The notes: generated by a model from the letters alone, not told the origin. DNA of 64,000 nucleotides from Leptogorgia sarmentosa (GCA_964658305.1 OZ210885.1:1488001-1552000), one strand, 5' to 3'; positions 49,601 to 62,267 are shown, counted from the first letter of the stretch. Numbers and translations: made by a program.

Positions 49601-52600
49601 GTAATATAGTATTCGTACTATTGCACTTTGGAGAGAGTAATATAGTATCCGTACTATTGCACTCTGGAGAGAGTAATATAGTATTCGTACTATTGTACTC
49701 TGGAGAGAGTAATATAGTATTCGTACTATTGTACTCTGGAGAGAGTAATATAGTATTCGTACTATTGCACTCTGGAGAGAGCAATATAGTATTCGTACTA
49801 TTGCACTTTGGAGAGAGTAATATAGTATTCGTACTATTGTACTCTGGAGAGAGCAATATAGTATTCGTACTATTGTACTCTGGAGAGAGCAATATAGTAT
49901 TCGTACTATTGTACTCTGGAGAGAGTAATATAGTATTCGTACTATTGCACTCTGGAGAGAGTAATATAGTATTCGTACTATTGTACTCTGGAGAGAGTAA
50001 TATAGTATTCGTCCTATTGTACTCTGGAGAGAGTAATATAGTATTCGTACTATTGTACTTTGGAGAGAGTAATATAGTATTCGTACTATTGCACTCTGGA
50101 GAGAGCAATATAGTATTCGTACTATTGCACTCTGGAGAGAGTAATATAGTATTCGTACTATTGTACTCTGGAGAGAGCAATATAGTATTCGTACTATTGC
50201 ACTTTGGAGAGAGTAATATAGTATTCGTACTATTGCACTTTGGAGAGAGTAATATAGTATTCGTACTATTGCACTTTGGAGAGTGCAATATAGTATTCGT
50301 ACTATTGCACTCTGGAGAGAGTAATATAGTATTCGTACTATTGCACTCTGGAGAGAGTAATATAGTATTCGTACTATTGCACTCTGGAGAGAGTCATATA
50401 GTATTCGTACTATTGCACTCTGGAGAGAGTCATATAGTATTCGTACTATTGCACTCTGGAGAGAGTAATATAGTATTCGTACTATTGCACTCTGGAGATA
50501 GTAATATAGTATTCGTATTATTGCACTTTGGATAGAGTAATATAGTATTCATACTATTGCACTTTGGAGAGTGCAATATAGTATTCGTACTATTGCACTC
50601 TGGAGAGAGTAATATAGTATTCGTACTATTGCACTCTGGAGAGAGTAATATAGTATTCGTACTATTGCACTTTGGAGAGAGTAATATGGTATTCGTACTA
50701 TTGCACTTTGGAGAGTGCAATATAGTATTCGTACTATTGCACTCTGGAGAGAGTAATATAGTATTCGTACTATTGCACTCTGGAGAGAGTAATATAGTAT
50801 TCGTACTATTGCACTCTGGAGAGAGTAATATAGTATTCGTACTATTGCACTCTGGAGAGAGTAATATAGTATTCGTACTATTGCACTCTGGAGAGAGTAA
50901 TATAGTATTCGTACTATTGCACTCTGGAGAGAGTAATATAGTATTCGTATTATTGCACTCTGGAGAGAGTAATATAGTATTCGTACTATTGTACTCTGGA
51001 GAGAGTAATATAGTATTCGTACTATTGCACTCTGGAGAGATTAATATAGTATTCGTATTATTGCACTTTGGAGAGAGTAATATAGTATTCGTACTATTGC
51101 ACTTTGGAGAGTGCAATATAGTATTCGTACTATTGCACTCTGGAGAGAGTAATATAGTATTCGTACTATTGTACTTTGGAGAGAGTAATATAGTATTCGT
51201 ACTATTGCACTCTGGAAAGAGTAATATAGTATTCGTACTATTGTACTCTGGAGAGAGTAATATAGTATTCGTACTATTGTACTTTGGAGAGTGCAATATA
51301 GTATTCGTACTATTGCAATCTGGAGAGAGCAATATAGTATTCGTACTATTGCACTCTGGAGAGAGTAATATAGTATTCGTACTATTGTACTCTGGAGAGA
51401 GCAATATAGTATTCGTACTATTGCCCTTTGGAGAGTGCAATATAGTATTCGTACTATTGCACTCTGGAGAGAGTAATATAGTATTCGTACTATTGTACTT
51501 TGGAGAGAGTAATATAGTATTCGTACTATTGCACTCTGGAGAGAGTAATATAGTATTCGTACTATTGCACTCTGGAGAGAGTAATATAGTATTCGTACTA
51601 TTGTACTCTGGAGAGAGTAATATAGTATTCGTACTATTGCACTTTGGAGAGAGTAATATAGTATTCGTACTATTGCACTTTGGAGAGAGTAATATAGTAT
51701 TCGTACTATTGCACTCTGGAGAGAGTAATATAGTATTCGTACTATTGCACTCTGGAGAGAGTAATATAGTATTCGTACTATTGTACTCTGGAGAGAGTAA
51801 TATAGTATTCGTACTATTGCACTTTGGAGAGAGTAATATAGTATTCGTACTATTGCACTTTGGAGAGTGCAATATAGTATTCGTACTATTGCACTCTGGA
51901 GAGAGTAATATAGTATTCGTACTATTGTACTCTGGAGAGAGTAATATAGTATTCGTACTATTGCACTTTGGAGAGTGCAATATAGTATTCGCACTATTGC
52001 ACTCTGGAGAGAGTAATATAGTATTCGTACTATTGTACTCTGGAGAGAGTAATATAGTATTCGTACTATTGCACTTTGGAGAGTGCAATATAGTATTCGT
52101 ACTATTGCACTCTGGAGAGAGTAATATAGTATTCGTACTATTGTACTCTGGAGAGAGTAATATAGTATTCGTACTATTGCACTTTGGAGAGTGCAATATA
52201 GTATTCGTACTATTGTACTCTAGAGAGAGTAATATAGTATTCGTACTATTGCACTTTGGAGAGTGCAATATAGTATTCGTACTATTGCACTTTGGAGAGA
52301 GTAATATAGTATTCGTACTATTGCACTTTGGAGAGTGCAATATAGTATTCGTACTATTGCACTTTGGAGAGAGTAATATAGTATTCGTACTATTGCACTT
52401 TGGAGAGTGCAATATAGTATTCGTACTATTGCACTTTGGAGAGTGCAATATAGTATTCGTACTATTGTACTCTAGAGAGAGTAATATAGTATTCGTACTA
52501 TTGCACTTTGGAGAGTGCAATATAGTATTCGTACTATTGCACTTTGGAGAGTGCAATATAGTATTCGTACTATTGTACTCTAGAGAGAGTAATATAGTAT

Positions 52601-55600
52601 TCGTACTATTGCACTTTGGAGAGTGCAATATAGTATTCGTACTATTGCACTCTGGAGAGAGTAATATAGTATTCGTACTATTGTACTCTGGAGAGAGTAA
52701 TATAGTATTCGTACTATTGCACTTTGGAGAGTGCAATATAGTATTCGTACTATTGTACTCTAGAGAGAGTAATATAGTATTCGTACTATTGCACTTTGGA
52801 GAGTGCAATATAGTATTCGTACTATTGCACTTTGGAGAGAGTAATATAGTATTCGTACTATTGCACTTTGGAGAGTGCAATATAGTATTCGTACTATTGT
52901 ACTCTGGAGAGAGTAATATAGTATTCGTACTATTGCACTTTGGAGAGTGCAATATAGTATTCGTACTATTGTACTCTGGAGAGAGTAATATAGTATTCGT
53001 ACTATTGCACTTTGGAGAGTGCAATATAGTATTCGTACTATTGAACTTTGGAGAGAGTAATATAGTATTCGTACTATTGCACTTTGGAGAGTGCAATATA
53101 GTATTCGTACTATTGCACTCTGGAGAGAGCAATATAGTATTCGTACTATTGTACTCTAGAGAGAGCAATATAGTATTCGTATTATTGCACTTTGGAGAGA
53201 GCAATATAGTATTCGTACTTTTGCAGTCTAGAGAGAGCAATATATAGTATTCGTACTATTGCACTTTGGAGAGAGTAATATAGTATTCGTACTATTGCAC
53301 TCTGGAGAGAGCGATATAGTATTCGTATATTGTACTTTGAAAATGCAACTTTCTATGATTTTAAATTATCATAATTATTATGATCGTATAATCCTGTTCT
53401 AGATTTATAATGCAAGCTGTTTGCCGAAAACGTCGGAAAATAATTTTCAAGGTAATATTTTGTAACTGCATATTTACATATAAATTATATAATCGAAAAC
53501 TACATGAAATTGCGACAATGGCGCAAGTATATCAACACAGCGTGAGCCGATTACGTTGTTGCCCTGGTTCTACACCTGATTTTTTGCCATGTTTAACGGC
53601 CCGGATAAGGGAAAAGCTTAAATGGTCGATTGTTGTACGCTCATTTCTGTTCTAGTCTATAAAATACGCCAATACGAAATTCTGGACTGGATTTCATGTG
53701 AAATTACAGGTTTCAACGTAAAGCGTATACCACTCAGGCGCGGATCCAGACCGTGGCGAACGGTGCGCGAGCCACGGTCAGATTTTTCCCACCTTAGATT
53801 TTCCGGGGTTCACCTTTTTCGCATATTAGATTAAAGTATATATATGAATAATACTTTGAAATAAATCGTTCAAAATCAAGGAAATCTGCATCTAAACTCT
53901 AAAGCAGCCAATTTGAATAACATTTTCCCTGATTGTTCACATTATTTTATGTGGTGTCGTATTTCGCGTCAAACGCAATGAAAACGCCGAAATAGTATGT
54001 TTCTTCAATAACATAATCATTCAGTTAACACTGAACTATAAAAACAGCCGAAACCGTACCGAAGTGTGCCGAATATGTTCGGTAAACAGTCGCAAATTTG
54101 AAGCTGCCGCCTGCGATCAAAGCCACAAATTTTGCCACGGTCAGCGTGCAAAAAGTTTCGCAATTGTTACTAAATATAGTAACATTCTGCCACGGTGCAG
54201 AGGTGCAAACCAATCACAGGGCTAGATGTGGTCATGTGCGCCACGGTGCGCCACCTCTGGTGCGCCACGGTGAGCGTATTTTTATTGCGCAATGCAAATG
54301 ATCAACGATGAGTTCGGGTACTCGTCGGACTTGACGGGTAGAATTTCATAACAAGCTATATTAATATTAATCAGTTCGCTAAATCGAATGCTGTTAGAAT
54401 GGGGGTTTTTGAAAAGGTCGATGTTCTCAAGAAGCTCGTTGAAATCTTTCAAAAATTGAACCAGGGCGAAGATATTTCAGGGGATTTATGGCTCTTGAGA
54501 CAACAGTGTGATAAATATAAATTTATCACTGAAGGAAAGCTGCGCCGTATAAAGTCTACAGGCGACATCGTGCTGCGAGTGTGCGAATTTTCCAAACTGC
54601 AGTTCCCCAAGAGTCAAATTGAAAGATCCGGGCCTAATATCCGTGTTAAGTAAGAAATTGTGATAGATTTATATTAAATTTGCAATTGCCCTAGGGCCAG
54701 GGAATATTTGTGTATGCAAATTTTATATGTAAATTATTTGAAGTTGGTCAAATAGTAATATGATCTCGATTTAAGTTCATTGAGTGCGATTCTTTATTTC
54801 TCTCGAAAATATGGCGGAATTAATGGCGAATTATATGATAGAATTCGATGCTCTGAACGCAGGGAAATGTGTTCAAATTTCGACAATTTACTGGGGGAGG
54901 GGGGGGGTGGTGCCCCGGACCCCCCTGGTTATGCGAATTTTCGACCCTGCCACGGTCAGATTTAAAGCTGGATCCGCGCCTGTACCACAGATGTCGTGCA
55001 GTTTTTAGCCTGCGTTTACAGTGGCTGTCTATAGTGGCATTGAATCGCCATGTTTCAATGATAAAAAATGCACTTTGAAACATGAGCCCAATAGGAAAAC
55101 ATTATGTAATCCTCTAACCTTAATTTATACGTTTGCTTTCTAGTTCCTATTAGTTGCAAACATATTCAGGCAAATGGCACAACGCAAGACGGAGAATTCG
55201 AGTTATACGTAAAATGGCCGAACAATACAAGACCTGCAAAAATATACTGTGCTGATATGGATACTGAAAACCCAGCGGAATATATCACGTTGCCTGCAGG
55301 AGAAACAAATAATTACGCCCGTCATTTTAATAAGCATGAAAAAGATGTGAAGGAAGAAACGAAATTCACTAAGGTATGGTTGTAATCTTAAAATAACTGT
55401 TATGTAGACATGTGTCAGTGTATCATGATTAAAGATAAAAGCTACTATACGACTGTAATTTTTTCCATAACTTTTTCGATTATTATTCCAAAGCATTCAT
55501 CGTATATGCAGTATTGAGTATTCGTGGCCGCCGTATTGCTCGTAATCTATCGTTGCGATTTTATTGCAAGAGCCGCAGTTATCGCGTCTACAACTCGCGT

Positions 55601-57461
55601 TTTAATTAGGCTTTCTCTCGCCATACAACCAGGCCTTAAAATCCGCCATTATAGGGTGGCAAAATCATTGTTTTTGTTGAATATTATTCGTTATCAAAAG
55701 ATAATACAATTTCTCGCTTGTAAACAATTGTTTGTCACTTAGTTTCTTCATAAGTGTTAAAAATTTGAATGAAGTTGCAAAAGTTTTCCGATGTAAACAC
55801 TCGCCGAAAATATTAATTTTCTCATCGCGTATTTTCTTGGCAAAATCTCAACATTTTGTGCTGAAACTTCACACATAGTTCGCGACAGTCACGATAAATT
55901 TGGTGGCTTAAAATAATATTGTTTTTGTTAACAAAATTTACCTAATTCAAACATTCTGGCACCCAAAAATAGCGGATTTAAGGCCTGGTCGAATAGCGTG
56001 AGAATTAAAGGCTAATTTTCGCAAACACAACGCGACGTCGAAGTCTCGAAGAGGCCGTGAAAATGTTGTAAAAATGGCGTGATATCGGCCCATCTGTGGA
56101 TGTGTCCAAGCCATTTACACGCCCTCTTTGACGTCGCGTTGTGTTCGCCGAAGCTGTTCTGCAGGTAAACTAAACATTACGCACGTGGGGGAACTGATGA
56201 GTGACATCCTGGCTTCAAAATGCCGTAAAAAGTAAATATCCATTTTCGAACCTACGCCGAATGTTAATCACGGTTCCAATTAGGCGGGTGGAAAAGATAA
56301 ACTATTTTGGATACTGTCAAAGTTTGACAGAGACGCGATCAAAAACCATGTGTGTTTCAACAGGCCGTGAGCATTGTGCAAATAGAAACTTTGTACTTAC
56401 ACGTGCGTATGCTTTGGGCTTTGCCATCAATCACGCCTCAAGATAATTCGCGCGGTTGAGTAATTATAATATTATTACGTCATCAAAACCCCAGTTCGTT
56501 AAATTCTCTTCTAAATTGAGTTAGCTCACAAAACTAAGGCTAGATGCTTGTACCTCAAATATTTTGCTATTAGGAAGTAATAAATTAGGTTAGTCTTTAC
56601 CTTTATAAGTATTGGTAGAACGAGCACAAAACTGACTTAATAAGTGCGACAACACCCTAACCAAACAAAAATGGAGAGCTGGAACGAGGGTTCACAGTGC
56701 AACGCTTGAGCGCTGATTGGTGGATTTTGACATCGTGCAACCTCGTTGTTCACGTGGACAAAGATTCCCTCGACCGACAGTATAAAAGGAGCTCCCCATT
56801 CCAACTTGAGGCAGTGGAAGTGAGCCGAAGTAAAGAACGAATGGAATGAAAAGGCCACTGAAGCTCAGACAGACGAACTCAACAGAAAACCCCGACCAGA
56901 CAACGCTAAGAAGAAGAAGACGGAAGACTTTCACGAACTGTAGCAGTACTATAGGCACAATTGTAACGATTCCCTCCTCGTGCAAATAAAGAGAAACTTA
57001 ACAATTATATTAGTAGTCACTAAGTAGTGCTGAAATCGCACTAGCACGAGTTTCCAACAAACCCAATTGAGTCAAAATGATTAAAGTAAAACTTTTTATT
57101 CTGTACGTTTTCTCCACTACAGGTGCGTATTTTGTTGGAGAACATGGAAATTGCTCTTGATGATTACAAGTTCGCCTCCACCAATGCACCAGGAGTTTTT
57201 CATCAATTTGCAAGTGCTGGTGATTGTGTTTCCCGGGCCTGCGATGCCTCATCTCGAAATGGTCAGTTCCAGGTTGATCTTTCTGGAACCTCATTTCGTA
57301 TGGTGGAGCCGATACAATATCAATTCAACAATTGGCCAGAGTGCACTAAAAAGGTTTTTGATCCAGTTATGGAGGAAAACCGGCAGCGTTGGTCTGGCAA
57401 GTGTGGGGGTGAATGTGGTGGTTGTTCACCAGTCGCAATCTACCTTGAAATTACTGAATAA
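43629..57461 (+). CDS. Putative secreted PAN - Ser/Thr-rich repeats - PAN - GON domain protein
   Basis: Exons: 43629-43716 (signal MLTFFLLLLIIAGVDG), 44107-44330 (PAN1), 45790-45832, 45942-46145, 46499-46702, 47056-47259 (three 68-aa S/T-rich repeats), 47732-47953, 48521-48741 (PAN2), 53403-53451, 55144-55373 and 57123-57461 (GON: PISCKHIQ..DGEF..KIYCADM..PAEYITL..NY..TKFTK|VRI..DYKFA..FASAGDC..GQFQVDLSGT..CGGECGGC). Confidence 0.8.
45148..45628. mobile_element. MITE with ~80-bp TIRs enclosing a 46-bp tandem array (7 copies)
   Basis: TGTGTAAGAAAGTTAAATCGAATGAAGCCAAGTAGCTACTGTA and its reverse complement ending at 45628. Unit ATGAGTT(G/A)AGCTATCGTTGTCTACAACATCATCATCAT(A/G)TTCTGAA. Confidence 0.85.
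45880..47290 (+). repeat. 557-bp exon-plus-intron tandem repeat (about 2.5 units, 3 exons)
   Basis: Exon starts at 45942, 46499 and 47056 are exactly 557 bp apart, and the introns are near-identical. Confidence 0.95.
47323..47644. mobile_element. Probable hAT-type MITE
   Basis: CAGG...AGGAA start and TTCCTGCGTCCTTG end, with subterminal G/C runs. No clear TSD. Confidence 0.45.
48811..53338. repeat. 36-bp minisatellite, about 125 copies, intronic
   Basis: Unit AATATAGTATTCGTACTATTG(C/T)ACT(C/T)TGGAGAG(A/T)G(T/C). Confidence 0.98.
53735..54982. mobile_element. Non-autonomous DNA transposon (hAT-like)
   Basis: Perfect 15-bp TIRs CAGGCGCGGATCCAG / CTGGATCCGCGCCTG. TACCAC on both flanks (imperfect TSD). 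Repeated internal GCCACGGT motifs. Short ORF at 54399-54653. Confidence 0.85.
55604..56017. mobile_element. MITE-like inverted-repeat element
   Basis: CCAGGCCTTAAATCCGC (55629) / GCGGATTTAAGGCCTGG (ends 55987), with looser flanking complementarity. Confidence 0.65.
56613..57059 (+). mobile_element. Solo-LTR-like sequence
   Basis: Ordered GATTGG (CCAAT), TATAAAA (about 56782), AATAAA (about 56985) and terminal ..CAACA. The 5' boundary and TSD are not resolved. Confidence 0.4.
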
Positions 57462-58869
57462 TTGGAAACTAATTACAAAATATTACGCATGGTGACTGGG
57501 TCATATGAAAATGACTTCCAGTGCTGGAATACAAACAATTTTCATTTTATGTCATAATGATTAGGAATAGAAAGTAATAAGCTCGTATAAAGTGCCCATT
57601 GCGACTCCCGCTCAGCAATTTGGTCATCCTATGAAATTCGTTGAAAATCATCATGAATTTCAAAGGGAATAATGAACAGATTTAAAATTTGCAGAACATC
57701 ACCATTTCTTTTTTGGGCCGCTCTCACTAATGTATCATGCATGTTGTATATTGCATAGTGCATCATTTTGCAGTGCTCACCACCATCGTTCAGTGCCGTA
57801 CGAAGATCGATAGTTGGGAGGGCCACACAGTTTTATATCAGTGGTTTTCACTGAGCTTGTAAAAATCGATCTCAAAAGAAACAAGGCCCAATTGTAACTA
57901 TTCTCATTTAATTACGATATGAAATAAATATATAAATACCTAATCGCATCGCAGACGCATGAGGCACGCAATATTTCCCTGCAGGAGGGGCACACAATTA
58001 TTATTCGTTTTCACTAACCTTGTATTGTAAAAATCGATTTCAAAAGAAACAGGACGCCCGTTAAGCGTCAACCTCCGTTCGGGGGATGTTGTACTGATTT
58101 GCCGGTTGTCGTCTCCTACGCAAAAAAACTGATGCAGCAGAAATGGTACGTAGAAACATTTTTAAATATCAAGGGTGAGAGACGTATGAAAAAAAGTTAA
58201 GGATTAATTTCCAAATATATTTTATTTTTGTATATTCACTCCAGAGGTATTGCAGCAGTGAACCCCATATATATCTGGAGTAGGAACTTGGGTTGCTCAA
58301 AGTGAAGCAAAAAAATTTAAATCAAAGATGGCGAAAATTGAAGACAAACCAAGATACATTTTATACCTATAAATATAATATAATTATTATGAAACCATGA
58401 AATTTAGACAAAAATAAGTGAAAATATAGACACATGATCATACGAAAATATTTAAAACCGTATTGTGGCCATCGCTATTAATTTTCAAAAATCTATAAAA
58501 TTATAGGGTTAGGATAATAAGTGGTTAACAATTGGCCTAATTCTCCTAATAATCCTCTTTTTGGAGATTTATTCTCTGAAATTATTTTATTGACTAAGCC
58601 TGGGCCAATGTGACTGCAGAATTTTACTGTCTTAATGTACGATTTATATGAGGTTATGCAATAACCAAGGTTACAGCTAGGCAACCAGGCTTCCATGCGT
58701 CAACGCCCCATGCACGTGATCGAGGGGGACAGATAATACGAGAGCGGTCGAAAAAGTCATCAAATGTGCACCCCCTCCCCCGACAACAATATAATGGGGT
58801 GAAAATGACGCAACTTGGTATAGAAATTGGAGAGAGGGCAAAACAAAAAAATGTGTTTTTTTCTTACAG

Positions 58870-59160
58870 GTAAATATTTTGAGTCAGTTCCAGGATCATT
58901 TCTATTTTCTCTGCGCAATAACGATAACATTGCGCCATTCAAGGCTCCGCTGAAAGTCGAGAATGACGAGTGGGCACTTTACCATCATAGTGGACTGGGA
59001 CCAACATTTGGTTGGGGCCGCGATTTGAGCATTGCCAATGATGCGACCTCAAACACCTTTTCCTACACAAATTTTGGTTTTTGAAACCAACACTAAGTCC
59101 CTCCTTGCAGGAAGCTATTACTTCACTCCATCAGAGGTTGAAGTCTTATTTTTAAATTAA
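58870..59160 (+). pseudogene. Orphan TLDc terminal pseudo-exon
   Basis: Close paralog of 41217-41536 and 39078-39422. A 32-nt deletion causes a frameshift and TGA at 59082-59084. No upstream TLDc exon found nearby. Confidence 0.85.
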
Positions 59161-59272
59161 GAAACTACTCGTACACTACATCTTATTTAGTAATGAACAA
59201 CGATATTATCAGTGAGCTCCATATGTATCTGGAGTAGGAACTTGGTTTGCTCGGCTCAAATATGAAACAGTA

Positions 59273-59350
59273 AAGGTTTTAGTTGTTGATCGGAAAGGCA
59301 CATTTTGCGTCTTGCCTACTGGATATGGAAAGTCATTGATATGCCAGCTC
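59273..59350 (+). pseudogene. RecQ-like helicase motif I fragment
   Basis: Translates to KVLVVDRKGTFCVLPTGYGKSLICQL, a Walker A motif of RecQ/SF2 type (LPTGxGKSLxxQ). Confidence 0.6.
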
Positions 59351-61395
59351 ATCGCAATGTGTTTGATGTTCACTTGGGTGAAGAAATATATCTAAATTCA
59401 TTAAATAATACATGCACAATTTGAAATATAAAATACGGTTGAAAATGTTTTTTTTACATTCCATATTTCGGCCAACAGCCAATCAGATTCACTTCAGAAA
59501 TGGATTATCCCAGAGCCATTGCCTTCTTCTTCCGAAGATCGCATGCTCAGGGTACGAGATTGTTTCAGATTTTAAAATCGCTTTCAACTTCGCGAAGCTG
59601 CAGCATCAAGTTTAGTTTTTGTTCATGTTAACATAATTATGACTTTCGATAAAAGAGCAACTCTTCCTGTTGCCATGGTGACGAAATGCTCTAGTTTTCT
59701 ATCCATTTTATTTGATAGTGCTTTGCTTTTGTGGTAGTGACAGAGCACCTTCACATTTTAGAAAATGTTTGATGTTACTACAAACCTACGCTCCATGCAT
59801 TTGTTATACATTTTCGCAGGTGTTTGAACACTTTTAAAACTTGTCGACTTTTGTATGTCCCACAAGGGTGATTTGAACAGGCGCTGTACTCAGTGGGATC
59901 GGCAGGAGAAATTTTTATTACGGATTGCCATATTTCTGGCCATGTTGAATTTTTCACAATTATTTGATACAAAAGGAAATACGGGACTGCGAATTTTTCT
60001 TTTAAATATAATTGACTTATTCATGTCAGGCTGATGGCTTTGAATATTTAAGAAACATAAACGTAAACGTAAAATCTAATGTAAACAAGTTCATAAACAC
60101 CACCTGCTACTTCATACGCAAGACAGGAATATCTTAGGGTTCTTAGAATTGCGGTGAATACAGTAGGCTAACTTTGGTGAGTTTATCACTTTCTTTTCAT
60201 TTCATTTTAATGTAGTTAGTTTAGTAAAAACGTCTTAACTTGTCTCGTAATGCAGTTCTTGGTTGCAGTTATTTCAACACTTTAGCTATAACACGACATA
60301 TGAACACCAGATGGCTGATAATGTTTGCAAGTGTTTCTATAATTTCTACGATAACATTTCGGCAGTGAAATGTATCACAAATACCCGATGCCACTCTTAC
60401 TTAGTATGTACATGTGTATGTGTGCTTGTGTCCAAAAATAATGAAAGAATTTCTTTCATGGATCCTTTTTCAAACAGTTTCAGGTTTGTAGCTACTACAT
60501 GACAATGAGCATTACAAAGCTATGCATGTCGAATATGTTTATCTTGTTGTTTAATTTGAGGATTAAGGAAATACTATTATAATTATATTCGCTCCAATTC
60601 TCACAACAAGCGAAATAAAACTTAGCTAAAATACTTCCAATGGAAATATTTTACATTTTAATGAAGAAAAAAAAAACTGTGAAAGGTCGTATAAACGGCT
60701 GGCCTTTTAGAAATATGCAGCTGCATCCATAAAAAAATAGGCTTATAATTATTTTGTGCAGAGCGCCACAGTTTTGTCTTGATGAAGTGATATGGTCGAT
60801 GTACTACTAACGTAGTCGGCTTGATAATTGGAGGAAAGAACATCCATACACATCACGTATTCCACCTTTGTCCAATTTCTTTCGAAATGTCTTGTATTTC
60901 AGGTTTGCGAACACGAATACATGAGTATTTACAATTCCAATTATCGCATTGCCAAATTCGTGTTTTGTCGGTTTGGCGCAAAGTAGCTACATAATTATGA
61001 ATATTTCACAATGTTTTTGGATATAATTTTTGTCGATTGTTTCAAAGTCTAGACACAATCATGAATTTCATGATCAATAGTCAATACCATAAAAACTGTC
61101 ATTTCAAAAGCATTTTCAAGTATTATATATATAGCTACTAGCTGGACGGACAATATCAAAGGAAATATATGTAAACATGAAACTATAACAGCTTTTACTG
61201 AAATTTGAAATTAGTTGAGCATAAAAGGACGAAAATAATTACACCCTTCAATTTTGTTTTCAGCTTAGTTCAAACTTGAAACTGAGCTAGTTCCGTTTGG
61301 TGTTTAATACTCAGAAACTCAATTCAGCATTGTTTTTGGCCTGAGTGTTTTTATAATGAGGATAGCCTATGTATCTTTCACACTCTCTCGAATCA

Positions 61396-62267
61396 CATGG
61401 CTAGAAATATGCGACATGCAGTATTACGCAATGGGCATTCGGACTTTCAAAATGCTCGTAAATTTATAGTATGCAGCAACGCAAAATAGTATGTTTTCTT
61501 ACATGCGAAGTATAAACATGGTAAATCGACTTGTAGCGAATCGAAAAAGCAAAATATTGTGATATTTAGAAGCCGATAAACCTTGTCCCCGAGCGATTCA
61601 AACGTATCCATGGATTGTAGCGTATTAGCCGCCATTAATCATCAATTCTTATATACTTCACTGAAAGAGAGCGGTGTTTTAGGATACATGAAATACAAAT
61701 TCCAACATGCGAAGCTTGATTTGTCAAGATGGGGTTTCGGCGGCTTCAACTAATATAAAACCTATAAAAGGTTACGTATCTTTCCCTTGTCCAGCTTTAC
61801 GTTTATGTTCGATAGTTATGGATATTTCAAGCAAAGCGAAGCACTTTGCCGAACATAAACGTAAAGCTGGACAAGGGAAAGATACGTAACCTTTTATAGG
61901 TTTTATATTAGTTGAAGCCGCCGAAACCCCATCTTGACAAATCAAGCTTCGCATGTTGGAATTTGTATTTCATGTATCCTAAAACACCGCTCTCTTTCAG
62001 TGAAGTATATATAAGAATTGATGATTAATGGCGGCTAATACGCTACAATCCATGGATACGTTTGAATCGCTCGGGGACAAGGTTTATCGCCTTCTAAATA
62101 TCACAATATTTTGCTTTTTCGATTCGCTACAAGTCGATTTACCATGTTTATACTTCGCATGTAAGAAAACATACTATTTTGCGTTGCTGCATACTATAAA
62201 TTTACGAGCATTTTGAAAGTCCGAATGCCCATTGCGTAATACTGCATGTCGCATATTTCTAGCCATG
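61396..62267. mobile_element. Foldback-type element / near-perfect ~870-bp palindrome
   Basis: Arms 61396-61811 and 61850-62267 are reverse complements, with about one substitution and a 2-bp indel seen. 38-bp spacer. Confidence 0.9.

Noticed and set aside
48789..53247. Long ORFs of 317-936 aa on both strands
   Set aside because: They arise from a 36-bp (multiple of 3) unit lacking stops in some frames. They are open on both strands, lie in an intron and have no unique coding context.
60855..60915. Minus-strand RKPEIQDISKEIGQRWN resembling an HMG-box helix
   Set aside because: Short, followed by a stop, with no supporting exons. Could be chance.
61447..62216. Identical ORF pairs on opposite strands
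   Set aside because: Mirror products of the palindrome, with no recognisable protein motifs.
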